Assembly (NCBI GenBank): GCA_963811315.1
Contig: CAWERH010000002.1
Location: forward strand, 247 to 64,246
Source: an uncultured delta proteobacterium
Lineage (GTDB): Bacteria; Desulfobacterota; Binatia; UBA9968
Direction of reading: 5' to 3'
Length of the DNA stretch: 64,000 nt
Under the pieces are notes generated by a model, which was not told the origin of the DNA, searched no databases, and saw only the letters and a program-made list of their open reading frames with translations. The translations under genes and the position numbers were made by a program. Numbering within the stretch: position 1 is the stretch's first letter; each line of letters begins with the position of its first letter. This document shows, one piece after another, positions 52,903 through 63,958 of the stretch.

Positions 52903-54712
52903 GCCATCCGAGCGGGTTTACGCCTCAGCGCCACGGTTCTCCTGCGCGGATTGACGAACCATTCGATGATTAATAGCGCGAGCGAAGCCAACATCAAGTA
53001 GGGCCAAAACGAAAACAGCACCGATGCGCCGGCGCCATTCGAGGCCGAACCCTGAATCTCGATCGGCGCGGGAGAGCGCAAGTCGGACTCCGCCGCATCG
53101 CCCAGATTGCGTGAAAATATTTGCCGGTCACGCCCGCGGCTCAACTGATAGATGCCTTGGAAGTAGGTGCCTGAGAAATAATTCTGCCCACTCGGCAAGG
53201 GGATTTTCTGCGCTTTCGGCGTGACGATAACGTCATCACCGCGACTGGTACCCAACGGAATCGGCTCGCCGGTCGCTTGGCTTTGGGCGCCGCTGTTTTC
53301 AAAAAACCAGTCGAGCAAATTCAAGGTAAAAATCGACATCGGCAAATTGCCTCGCCCCAAGTAGGGCAGCGGATCGAAACCTAAAGCCAGATAGCGCACG
53401 CCTTGACGCTCGTGCGCGAAGACCAGGGCTCCTTTACCGGATTCCATGACGATTTCGCCGGGCACTTGAGCGGTCAGCGGACGGGCGTAGGGCAACTGAA
53501 ACAAACTAAAATTGATGTAGCGAGTCAACACGTGAGGTTCGCGCCAGCTGGTGAGGTTAGTATTCGTCAACGGAGCGCCGAGCTGGACCAGCGGACTATT
53601 CTCCGGCGGCAGAATGAACAGCGCTGGACTGCGCGGCAACCTGTTGGGTGACGCGAACTGAAAGATTTCCAAACCGTAGCCGGACGCGCTCCGACTTTTC
53701 GTAGTCGGTCGGCGCAATGACATCGACGGTCACCCCGGGAATCGACCTGAGGCTGGCGACGGCTTGAGGCCGGGGCGTAATGGCAAGGACCTTGAGCTCG
53801 CGCGACAGCGGCGCAACCGCATAGCGGCGGTTGTCCAGGGGTAGCGCATCGCGAGCGTCGATCTCGGCTATATAATAAGGATACTCGGGCAGGCCCTCGA
53901 AGGTTGCGCTGGCGGTTTTCCCCATGCCGACGGCGACCTCGCGCTCGGCCGAGCGTTTTGCCGTCGGCTTTGAGAAAGATCCGGATTTTCTCATCCTTGT
54001 TTGAATAGTTGGCAACCTGGGCGCTCGCCTCCAGGCGCGCGTTAGCCAAAGACGAGCGATGGACTTCAAAAGCTGTCACCGCCTGATTGGCTTGCGCTGT
54101 GCCAACCGAGACGCCGCGGACAGTGGAGCCTTGGCCGCTGGTTGGGTGATCGGTGATCAGATAGACCCGTTCGTACTTGCGCTCGCTCGCTAATCGGCTC
54201 AGCGCGGTGTTGTAATCAGCGGGCGGATCGCCGAGATCGAAGGCGTCGAGTGATCTGAGCGCGCCGTTCGCGTCGGCAGCGGACAGCGGCGTCGCGCCGA
54301 GTTTTTCAAGTCGCGGCGCCGTCACATAGAGATCAACCTTGCCCGCTGCGCTGAGCTCGCCGATGACTGCGCTGGCTCTTTCTTTCGCCAGCGCGAATCT
54401 CGTCTTGCCATTTTCCAGCGACTGCATGCTCGCCGAGTTGTCGAGCACGATGGCGATGCTGGTCGGCCGCACCGAGAACACCGGCTCGCTGAGCGCAAGA
54501 ATCAGCAGTGCCAGCAGCAACAGCTGCAGAAAAAAGATCGGCGGCAAATGGAGCCGTCCCCAGGGACGGCTGCTCATCTGTTCGCTGCCGGTCATGAAGA
54601 GCAGCAGGCTGGAAAAGATCACCCGGCGCGGCTTGCGCCGAAGCAAGTAAGGAATCAGCAACAGCGGCAACGCCAAGAGGCCGAAAAGCGCTGTGGGGTT
54701 GAGAAATTCCAT
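52893..54712 (-). CDS. BatA-domain + VWA protein (frameshifted)
   Basis: MEFLNP..LLALPLLLIPYLLRR BatA-type N-terminus, VLDNSASM, C-terminal LLIIEW. Confidence 0.88.
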
Positions 54713-54715
54713 AGG

Positions 54716-55609
54716 CTACTTGAACAGCCCGATGGCCGGGAGCGTCGCGAAGACGAAATCGCTAAGGTCGCGGTCGGTGACGTAGAGCGAATAATTGATC
54801 GCGCTCTGGTGGCAAAAACTGCGCAGCTCAAGATCGTGATGGGCCAGGCGGTCTTGATATTCGCGGCGGGAGTTCTGATCCCAGCGATAGTTGATCTCGA
54901 CTTCGGTCTCGCTGTCGATTAGGGCCAAGCTGCCGTTCGGAAAAGCCGGATCGACTTCGTGGCGCGACAGGACTTGGATCACGGCGATATCGAGATTGAA
55001 AGCCCGCAGCAGATTGAGCCCTTTCTGATATTCCGAAGCGGGCATCAGGAAATCCGAGATCAAGATCGCTTTGCCGGGCCGCCGCATTTTTTTTAGATAA
55101 TCGCCCAACGCCGGCGCGAAATCGAGGGCGCCGCCGGGAGTGACCGAGGTGGCGAAATTGACACAATCCAACATGCGGCGCCGGCCGCGAAAAAACGGCG
55201 ACGCTGCGCGCGCGACGCCATCCTGCAACAAGTGAAGCTTGACGTGGTCGTGGTTCGCCAGGATGACGTAAGACAGCGCCAGGGCGACGTGACACGCCGG
55301 CAAATATTTGACTTGCAGCGACGGGAAGCCCATCGACGCGCTGGCGTCGATAAAAACATAGGCAAATAAGTCGACTTCTTCGCGAAACACCTTGACGTAG
55401 AGCCGGTCGGTACGCGCGTAGATGCCCCAATCGAGGTAGCGCAGGTCATCGCCCGGCGCGTAGCGCCGGTAGTCGGCGAATTCCAAGCTGGTGCCGCGCC
55501 GGGGCGAAGCGTAGCTGCCGGTCTGGCTGCCGAGAACTTCCTTGCGCGTGCGCAAGCGGAGAGTTTCCAGCTGGGTAAGAAATTTCGGTGTGAACGGGTT
55601 AGGCAACAT
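54716..55609 (-). CDS. DUF58 family protein
   Basis: EFADYRRYAPGDDLRYLDW, DASASM, LISDF. Confidence 0.93.
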   Translation of the reverse strand: MLPNPFTPKFLTQLETLRLRTRKEVLGSQTGSYASPRRGTSLEFADYRRYAPGDDLRYLDWGIYARTDRLYVKVFREEVDLFAYVFIDASASMGFPSLQVKYLPACHVALALSYVILANHDHVKLHLLQDGVARAASPFFRGRRRMLDCVNFATSVTPGGALDFAPALGDYLKKMRRPGKAILISDFLMPASEYQKGLNLLRAFNLDIAVIQVLSRHEVDPAFPNGSLALIDSETEVEINYRWDQNSRREYQDRLAHHDLELRSFCHQSAINYSLYVTDRDLSDFVFATLPAIGLFK

Positions 55610-55616
55610 GTCGGGG

Positions 55617-56312
55617 CTACTGAGCGGCGTAGGATATCGGGTCCATAGTTCCGGCTTCAGCAAAACCTTTGAGGCGGAGCTGACAGCTATCGCAACGGCC
55701 GCAAGCCCGGTCATCCGAGCGCGGATCGTAGCAGCTCCAGGTAAGCGCGTAGTCGAGTCCGAGCGCCAGCCCGGTTTTAATGATCGCGGCTTTGCTCATC
55801 TTAAGCAATGGCGTATGGATCGTCAGCCGACTTTTACCTTCGACGCCGGCTTTGGTGGCGAGATTGGCCATCCGCTCAAACGCCTGAATATATTCCTCGC
55901 GGCAATCCGGATAGCCGCTGTAGTCGAGTTGGTTGGCGCCGAAAAAAATATCTTGAGCTTCGATGCGCTCCGCAAGCGCGAGAGCGAAGGACAGAAAGAT
56001 CGTGTTGCGCGCCGGCACGTAGGTCACCGGTATGCCCTTGCCCATCTCCGCCTCGCTGCGGCCTTTAGGCACCGCAATGTCGTCGGTCAGCGCCGAACCG
56101 CCGATAGCGCGTAGGTCGAAACTCAGAATTTGATGGGTCTTGGCCTGGAGGAACGCGGCGACTTGTTGCGCCGACGCCAATTCACGCTCATGGCGCTGGC
56201 CATAGCGAAAACTGAGAGCGTGGAGGTCGAAGCCCTGCTGCTTCGCGATGGCCGCGGCGGTGGCGGAGTCGACGCCGCCGCTCAGAAGAATGACCGCGTT
56301 GGCGCGCGCCAT
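55617..56312 (-). CDS. queC: 7-cyano-7-deazaguanine synthase
   Basis: [32 protein letters not shown]. Confidence 0.97.
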   Translation of the reverse strand: MARANAVILLSGGVDSATAAAIAKQQGFDLHALSFRYGQRHERELASAQQVAAFLQAKTHQILSFDLRAIGGSALTDDIAVPKGRSEAEMGKGIPVTYVPARNTIFLSFALALAERIEAQDIFFGANQLDYSGYPDCREEYIQAFERMANLATKAGVEGKSRLTIHTPLLKMSKAAIIKTGLALGLDYALTWSCYDPRSDDRACGRCDSCQLRLKGFAEAGTMDPISYAAQ

Positions 56313-56317
56313 GGCCG

Positions 56318-56794
56318 TTACTTGGGCACCTTGGTGCCTTCCATCGGATAACGTTTTTCGTACCAGCCGACGAGGCCTTCGTTAAGCACTTTCATATTGC
56401 GGTAACCGCTCTCGTAAAGTATGCCATAAGCCAAACTGGCCAGGTGGTGGGGGCATGCTCAATAGAGAACCACCGGCCGGTCGCGCGGGATGCTCTTCAA
56501 ATAGTCTTTGAACTCCGCAAGCGGTGCCGACGCCGCGCCGAGAATGTGCACTTCGCGATACTCCTCTTCCGTGCGCACGTCGATGATCAGCGGTTTGATG
56601 CCCGACTTGAGCTCGGCAACGAGGTCTTCGATGTTGATCAACTCCAAAGGGACGTTGTCGGGAAGTGACTGCTGGGCGAACTCCGGGTATTTCGACGGAT
56701 CGGCGTGCGCTCCGCGATATGGAAGCACGAGCGCCGTCAAAATGCCGGCGAGCGCGATGATTCCTTTCTTATAAGACAAACGACAAGATCTCAT
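56318..56794 (-). CDS. Exported rhodanese-like protein with in-frame UGA (probable selenocysteine) at the catalytic position
   Basis: Signal-like N-terminus, [26 protein letters not shown](56459-56461)[41 protein letters not shown]...TAA; 46 in-frame codons after TGA complete the fold. Confidence 0.85.
56421..56458 (-). promoter_or_regulatory. Candidate bacterial SECIS hairpin immediately 3' of UGA
   Basis: GCAUGCC-CCCACCACCU-GGCCA-GUU-UGGCU-UAU-GGCAU: lower stem AUGCC/GGCAU, upper stem GGCCA/UGGCU, G-initiated loop ~22 nt after UGA (manual folding). Confidence 0.55.
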
Positions 56795-57664
56795 GGCTTT
56801 CGCTCCTTGGCCGTCGTACTTGGCGATCTTGGCCAGTTCGTCCAGCGGCAGGACGCCGGTGTAGCGTTGGCCGTTAACGATCCAGGTCGGAAAGCTGGTG
56901 ATATTCTTCTCTTTGCAGATCGGCGCCGACGGCGCCTGCGGTCCGCCCGGGCTGCATTCCACGTAGGGAATCCGTTTGGCCGAACTGCCGAACAATTTTT
57001 TTTGGTCCTGGCAATGCGGGCACCACGAGGCGCCGTAAAACTTAGCGTCGCTGCGCGACAGGGTCTCGGCCAGGCCGCGCACCCAGGGATCTTCCGGTCC
57101 CGGCGCATCGCCCCAGTAGCCGGCATAATGTAAGTGGATCACGAGGACCATAACCAAGCCTGCGCCGACGCTCTTGGCCAGCCAAGGGCCCCAGCTGAAT
57201 TTCGTCAAGTTTTTCGGCCGCTGCAATACCGTAAGAATGAAGATCACCGTCATCAATCCCAACGAGGTGAGACAGTAAGGACAGGTGGCCTTGAGTTCGA
57301 ACCAGGCCACCGACGTGAGATAGATGCTGTAAAGCAAACCGAAGAGCGAGATGACAAAGGTCCAGCGCCATTGATTGGCGGCGTCGCGATTCCACGCGAC
57401 CGCTGCCAGCAGCGCGTAAGTAAGAAAACCCAATAAAGAAGTTGGCACGCCGAACAGCGTCGACCAGCGGCTGTTGAGCACGACGTCGCAGCCCGCGCCG
57501 GCCGTGCAAAACGCCACGCGCTCACTAAATAAAGCAGAATAGGAGAGATAACCGGTGAGGCCCAGGCCGAGGACGGCTAAAACGAACAGCGGCCAATTCG
57601 GCCCAGCGCGCATAACCCTCTTGACCGGAAGTTGTTTGCCTTTTCTATTTCTGGCGTTAGCCAT
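56791..57664 (-). CDS. Vitamin K epoxide reductase (VKOR) with C-terminal thioredoxin-like domain
   Basis: FCTAGAGCDVVLNS, CPYC in a TM segment, FYGASWCPHC, FPTW; as sequenced it reads in frame into the rhodanese. Confidence 0.92.
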
Positions 57665-57680
57665 CGCAGGGGACTCCTTA

Positions 57681-58328
57681 TTATCCTTTCAACAAATCTT
57701 CCACGTCGTTTCTGAGCCGTAACAGCGCTTCCAGATCCCGGCTGTCATAGTACCCGCGAATGCGCGCTTGCTTGTCCATCAAGACAAAGCGCGGACTGTG
57801 AGGGATCATGGCGTTTATGTCGGTGTCGGTCGGGATGGTCGCCACGCTCAGGTGAAAACCTTCTTGAATCAGATTTAACAATTGACTGCGCTGACCGGTG
57901 AGGAAAAACCAGCGCTTGGCGTCGGCATGATAACGCCCCGCATACTCGGTCAAAACCCGAGGCGTGTCGCGCTCCGGATCGACGCTGAAAGAAACCAGCT
58001 GGATTTCCGGGCGCGCGGCAAATTCTTCCTGCAGCTTGGCCATCGTCGCCGTCTGCAGCGGACAGGTGTCCTGGCAATTGGTATAAATAAAATCCGCGAT
58101 CCAGATTTTACCGCGCAGTTGCGCCAGTTGAATCGCCTCGCCATTACGCTCCGTCAAAGCGAACTCCGGCACCGAACCGTACATTTTCAAACGCTCATCG
58201 TCGGCGCTTCCGCCCACACCGAGCCGCGCGCCCGGCGCCAGTTTCAGCCAGAGCGCCGTGCCGAGAACGATGCCGAGGCCGACGACCAGCAGACCGAGCA
58301 CTAAGAAGCGGGTTTTCGATGCATCCAT
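57681..58328 (-). CDS. SCO1/SenC family copper chaperone
   Basis: DFIYTNCQDTCP, SVDPERDTP, IPHS. Confidence 0.93.
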   Translation of the reverse strand: MDASKTRFLVLGLLVVGLGIVLGTALWLKLAPGARLGVGGSADDERLKMYGSVPEFALTERNGEAIQLAQLRGKIWIADFIYTNCQDTCPLQTATMAKLQEEFAARPEIQLVSFSVDPERDTPRVLTEYAGRYHADAKRWFFLTGQRSQLLNLIQEGFHLSVATIPTDTDINAMIPHSPRFVLMDKQARIRGYYDSRDLEALLRLRNDVEDLLKG

Positions 58329-58544
58329 ATATTAATTAAAATCCGAACCGGAGAGATTCTAGCGGTAAATTTAGCGTTTGTGTAGAGATGGGGGCATGTT
58401 GGAAGCGATGCCGCGGCGTGACCTGGGCAAGCCTTAGTCGAACCGGGAGTGAAGTCGCAAAGCGAATTTAGGCGGGAAACCGAGCGGCAGCTTTTTGGCC
58501 TCAAGAAACGACTCAACAAATCTGCTCGGCGATTCGAAATGCGA

Positions 58545-59438
58545 CTACTGAACTGATCTGCGCAATAAACTAAGAAATTCCTGAGCGGCCGCTGAGAGCG
58601 GTTTTTTCTTGGCGTAGAGAATATAACTTTTGACCTGCAAATCGAGCCCGGTAATTTTGAGGATGGAAAACTCCTTTCTTCGAACTTCCTCTTGAATGAG
58701 ATCGTGGTGCAGAATGCCGACACCGGCGCCACTTTTGACCGACGCTTTGACGGCATCGAGCGATTCGTAGCGCATCGCGATATTGGGTTTGACGCCGGCC
58801 TTATTTAGTCTCCCGAGGATTTTCTCGGACCGGCTCGCGTCGTCATTTCTGGTTCTGACCACGAGCGGGAACTTTACAAGGTCTTCAGGTGTCACCTTTC
58901 TCATTGTCGCGAGCGGGTGCCCCGCCGGTACAAACGCGCAGAACTGTTCGATACGAAACCGTTCCAGCTGGAATGCGTCGATACGTTTGGGTTTCGCCGC
59001 GATGGCGATCTCGATCGTGGATTGCGCCAACATCTTCTCGATCGTCTCGCTCGTATCCGTGTAGAGTCTCATCCCTATTGCCGGGTGATTTTGCCTAAAC
59101 TGCCCCATCAGTGCGGGCAACAAAGATGCCGATATGCCGTGGCTGCCGCCCAGATTGAGAATTTCCTCAGCCTGTTTGGCATGCCTGGTCGCGTATTTAG
59201 TTTCTAACGCATTAATCTGACACAAAATTCCCTCGACATCTCTCAGAAACCCTCTTCCTCTTTCGGTCAGCTCGATGCCTTGGCGATTTTTCTTGATTAA
59301 CTTGCCGCCATAATCGCTTTGAAGACGTTGGACATGCTGTGAAACAGCAGGTTGGCTCACCCGCAGCGCGCGGGACGCTTTAGTGATGTTGAGATGATTT
59401 ACCACCGATACGAATACCTGGAGCTGGTGTAGAGTCAC
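58545..59438 (-). CDS. LysR-family transcriptional regulator (CysL/CbbR-like)
   Basis: TLHQLQVF..NITKASRALRVSQPAVSQHV HTH, LTERG; GTG start at 59438. Confidence 0.93.
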   Translation of the reverse strand: MTLHQLQVFVSVVNHLNITKASRALRVSQPAVSQHVQRLQSDYGGKLIKKNRQGIELTERGRGFLRDVEGILCQINALETKYATRHAKQAEEILNLGGSHGISASLLPALMGQFRQNHPAIGMRLYTDTSETIEKMLAQSTIEIAIAAKPKRIDAFQLERFRIEQFCAFVPAGHPLATMRKVTPEDLVKFPLVVRTRNDDASRSEKILGRLNKAGVKPNIAMRYESLDAVKASVKSGAGVGILHHDLIQEEVRRKEFSILKITGLDLQVKSYILYAKKKPLSAAAQEFLSLLRRSVQ

Positions 59439-59769
59439 AGTTGAGTCCTCTCGCAAAGAATAGGCGGCAAATCGCCGATTGTCGCCCTGTAATCCCATAC
59501 TCGCCGGACGCCAAGGAGAATAAGCATGTGTAAACAATGGTTCGCAGTCGCGTAACTTCGTTTATGCATCATGGTTACATGCGTATGTACGGAATTACCT
59601 CGATATTGTCTAGGGCTTCACTCTTGTGACTCGACCACGACGGTGAATCGCGAGCTTATCTGGAATCCACTCGCCACGAGTTCTGCCGGTATCGCGCCAC
59701 TCATTTTTTGACAGCATCGACCCGCGCCATCAACGCAACCCATCCAAAGTAAGAGCGCGATGTGATGGA

Positions 59770-59813
59770 TCATAAGAAAATACTTATGACCGTCATAACA
59801 AAAAATGTATTAG
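59770..59813. promoter_or_regulatory. LysR-type binding site: TCATAAG-N6-CTTATGA plus adjacent weaker site
   Basis: Perfect 7-bp inverted repeat between the divergent LysR and surface-protein genes, followed by TCATAACAAAAAATGTATTAGA. Confidence 0.65.
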
Positions 59814-59912
59814 ACGGATTTCTGCCCGGGAGACTATAAGGCGGACAATTAATTTTGTGTCGAGTTTGGACGAAAAATTACTATTGGCTCAACCCAGCAC
59901 AAGTGAGGGTCT

Positions 59913-62900
59913 ATGACGCGGCGATTACCAGCGGTTCTTTTTAGTCTCGCAACTTTGTTGCTTGGTACTTCGTCGTGGAGCATGGCGGCTATATCGTTCA
60001 TTAAGACGATTGGTGCCACGTCCTCGACGACCACAGGAACGAGCTTGACGATTACGGTGCCGGCATCAGGAGTCGCCGCTGGAAACCGGGTGATAGTCAC
60101 GATCGCGTTGAATCCATCTACCGGAACTGTCGCCTGCAGCGACACGGGCGGAAATAGTTACGCGGTGGATAGAAACGTGGCCAATGGCTCGGGAACAACT
60201 GGCGTCCGAACCGTTATTTTGTCGGCACAAGTTGACTACGGCGTTGGTAAGCGGAAATACCATTACCTGTACGCATCCAAGCGTTACGGCGCGAGCGCTC
60301 TCCGCCACGAATTTTCCGGCTTGGCAACTACCGCAACGGTGGACAAAGTAGCATCTGCTCCTGGGAACAACACCGCACCATCCTCCGGAGCGACAACCAC
60401 TACAGCACAAGCGTCAGAACTGTTGATCGGCGGCATCGGGGTCGAAGGTCCAACGACGGAAACGTTTACCGCAGGCGCAAGCTACACAATCATAGGTCGC
60501 GCCGGCACGAGTGGCGGTGCCGCAGCAAATAACATTACTATCAATCCTGAATATCGAATTGTGAGCGCGACCGGTGCATACTCCGCGAGCGGGACTCTCA
60601 GCGCCAGTCGACAATGGGCAGCGGCTATTGTTACGTATAAAGCCGCGGCCACCGCGATTCCGACCAAACTTTCAATCACATCGATAAATTCTGGAGCTAA
60701 TCCAACCGCTGGAGTTGGATTCCCGGTGGTCGTGCAGGCGCAAGATGCCGGAGGAACTCCGCGCAATGTAACCAATGCGACAGGGGTAAGCCTCACTCTC
60801 AAGACGGGCACTGGCACGCTCGGCGGCACACTCACGGGAACTATAGCCGCCGGGACAAATCAAGTAACGATCAGCGGGGTAACGTATACCAAAGCAGAGA
60901 GCGGTGTTGCCATCACCGCAACCCGAACCAGCGGAGATACTTTGACCGCGGCCGACAGCGCCGCTTTTACAGTTGTTGCTGGGGCTGCAACCCAACTGGT
61001 ATTCACCACCCAGCCAGGGAACACTTCTGCTGGAGGTTCCCTATCGGGACCGCCCACGGTTACCGTTCGAGATGCTCAGGGGAACACCGTCACTTCTTCC
61101 TCCGCTTCCATAACCGTTGCCATTGGCACCAATCCTGGCGGCGGGACTCTCAGTGGTGCGACAAGCAAAAATGCTGTCTCGGGTATTGCTAGCTATTCTG
61201 ATTTGAGCATCAACCAGCCGGGCAATGGATACACGTTGTCAGCGACGTCATCGGGCCTCACGGCTGCAAGTAGCGCTACCTTTAATATTATTGCAACGAC
61301 CGGAACTATCGGCGGTGTAGTTTCACAATCCGGCAGCGGTGCGGCTATCGGTGGCGCACTCGTGGAAGTCCTGCAATCTAGCGTTCTCAAAGGCTCTGTT
61401 ACAACGGCTGCAAATGGAAGCTATTCGATTTCGGCTCTCGCTCCAGGGAGTTACGACGTTAGAGCCTCTGCCGCGGGATATGGGACGCAGACCCAAAACG
61501 GCCAGTCAGTGGCTGCGGGCACAACCACGACAGTAAATTTTAGTCTGGGTTCGGGCCCGAGTATCAGCAGTATCTCGCCCTCTTCCGGCTCAATCGCTGC
61601 GTTAGTTACTGATAAGTGGTTCTAACTTCGGTGCGACCCAAGGAAGTAGCACGGTCACGTTCAACGGCATTGTCGCCACTCCAAACAGTTGGTCGAGTAA
61701 CAGCATCATCGTGCCCATCCCCACCGGTGCAAGCACGGGTTCGGTCGTCGTAACTGTTGGCGGGTTTGCCTCCAACACGGTCAATTTCAGTGTTCAGGCT
61801 AATGCGGCGATAAGCTACGTGTACGACAAACTCGGAAGGCTCCGGGCTGTCACAGATCCAAACAGCGATACCGCTGTTTACAACTATGACGCTGTCGGAA
61901 ACTTGCTTACTATCTCTCGGCAAAGTTCAGTCAACGGTATCTGTTCTTGAATTCATGCCGAAATCAGGACCAGTCGGGACAACCGTGACGATCTATGGTA
62001 CCGCGTTCAGCACTACACCAAGCCAGAACATCATGACATTTAATAGTGTCGCGGCGACCGTAACTTCGTCCATCCAGACTAAAATTGTTGTGACTGTTCC
62101 TAGTGGCGCTACCACTGGGGTGATTGCGATCACCGCACCGGGAGGATCCGCTGCTAGCGGCACGGCTTTTACAGTAACCGCGAGCAGTGCTGTTCCTACG
62201 ATCACAAGCTTTACGCCGAGCATCGGTGCGCCTGGCACCGCGGTGACAATCACGGGGACGAATTTCGATACCACTCCGAGCAGGAACGTCACTCGATTCA
62301 ATGTCGGTCACGCTATCGTCAGTACAGCTACTTCTACATCTATTTCTAGTACGGTGCCGAGTGGGACATCAGGACGTATCTCTGTAACAACCTCCATGGG
62401 GAAAGCAGTAAATAACTCTGACTTTTTTATACCTCCCGCTTCTTACGCAGCGGCCGACATCAGTTTCACGTCGCGAATGACCGTCGGTGGAAGCAGCGTA
62501 ACGGCCGCATTTCCAACTGCTAGCAAAATCGGGCTGGTGGTGTTTGACGGTATCGCGGGAAACCGAATTGGTCTTGGAATCACCGGTGTTACCATTGCAA
62601 GCAGCGATCTCTACGTTTTGAACCCGGACGGCTCAACACTCACCTCTCTTTTGAATTTCAACGGAAGTCGGGATCTAGATTTCGCGTTGCCGACAAGTGG
62701 CACCTATACCATTTTTGTTGATCCGCGCAGTACTTATACCGGAAGTATGACTCTAAACCTTTCCGCGGATCTCGTAGGAACAATCATTCCGGGAGGTCCC
62801 GGTGTGACGGTAAACCTAACCACACCTGGTCAGAGGGCAAAACTCAATCTGAGCGGTACGATAGGGCAGAAGTTCAGTCTTTTGCAGACCGCGATGACGT

Positions 62901-63958
62901 TTAGCTCGTGCGTCGACATTTCTATCTCTAAGCCCGACCAAAGTTACCTGATAGCACCGACCTTCCTGTGCGATAACGGCTCTCTTAGCATAATGACACT
63001 ACCTCAAACCGGAATCTACTCAGTCGTTGTCAACCCTCGGAGCGCCGCTACCGGAAGTACGACGATCTATCTTCCTGTAGACGTAATCGGAACGATTACT
63101 CCGGGAGGGACGGCGGTACCGTTGACGATAGGTACCCCTGGACAGAATGCGCTGCTGACCTTCAGCGGCAATGCGAACGACAAGATAAGCGGGACGTTAA
63201 CGGCCGCCGGAACGCTTCTTTGCTGTGGCAATGGTGGTTAGGCCGGTAATGTCGTTGCGTCGATATTGAAACCTGATGGGACCGTACTGGCAGGCTCGGG
63301 ATTCGGCGGTTATTGGGGCAACGGTTGGCTTGAAACGGTGACTCTCCCGGTAACCGGTAATACGCTTTTTGTCGACCCAGTACCCGAACAGAGGCCTGCA
63401 ACCTCAGTGGCGCAGAACGATGATAAGCGGCGTATGACGCTTTCCAGTGCTTGCTGTGGCGGATGCGAACGATAAGATAGGGATGTGACTGTCACGGCGT
63501 ATAGTTGGGCTGGGATGCGACGAGAACCGGGAGCTGGAGCAGTGACTTCTTGGGGCCAGTGCTTCTACTCTAGGTACCGGACAGCACCTGTACCACCGGG
63601 ACGGCGCAGCTACGATTTGACATCTCCGGGAGGGACGGCGGTACCGTTGACGATAGGTACCCCTGGACAGAATGCGCTGCTGACCTTCAGCGGCAATGCG
63701 AACGACAAGATAAGCGGGACGTTAACGGCCGCCGGAACGCTTCTTTGCTGTGGCAATGGCGGTTACGCCGGTAATGTCGTTGCGTCGATATTGAAACCTG
63801 ATGGGACCGTACTGGCAGGCTCGGGATTCGGCGGTTATTGGGGCAATGGTTCGCTATCAACGGTGACTCTACCAGTGAACGGCACCTACACGCTTTTCGT
63901 GGACCCCGCCGGGCAAAGTACGGGCACGGCGACCATGCAACTATCAATCGTGCCGTAA
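59913..63958 (+). CDS. Large secreted beta-rich surface protein: Ig-like, carboxypeptidase-regulatory-like, IPT/TIG, a YD repeat pair and PPC-like domains (frameshifted)
   Basis: Signal peptide; TTAANGSYSISALAPGSYDVRASAAGY; PTITSFTPSIGAPGTAVTITGTNF; YVYDKLGRLRAVTDPNSDTAVYNYDAVGNL; LPTSGTYTIFVDP; spread over ORFs 59913..61625, 61711..61950, 61886..63241, 63266..63475, 63485..63958. Confidence 0.78.
63099..63906 (+). repeat. Intragenic direct repeat of ~280 bp (63099..63378 and 63624..63906)
   Basis: First ~220 bp nearly identical, last ~60 bp diverged but encoding similar peptide. Confidence 0.92.

Noticed and set aside
55617-56312. queC as part of a defence system (QatC or Dpd-like)
   Set aside because: Canonical length and motifs of housekeeping QueC; no qat or dpd genes nearby.
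59440-59770. Long intergenic region as an ncRNA or riboswitch
   Set aside because: No recognisable conserved RNA motif by eye; an Rfam/Infernal search would be needed.
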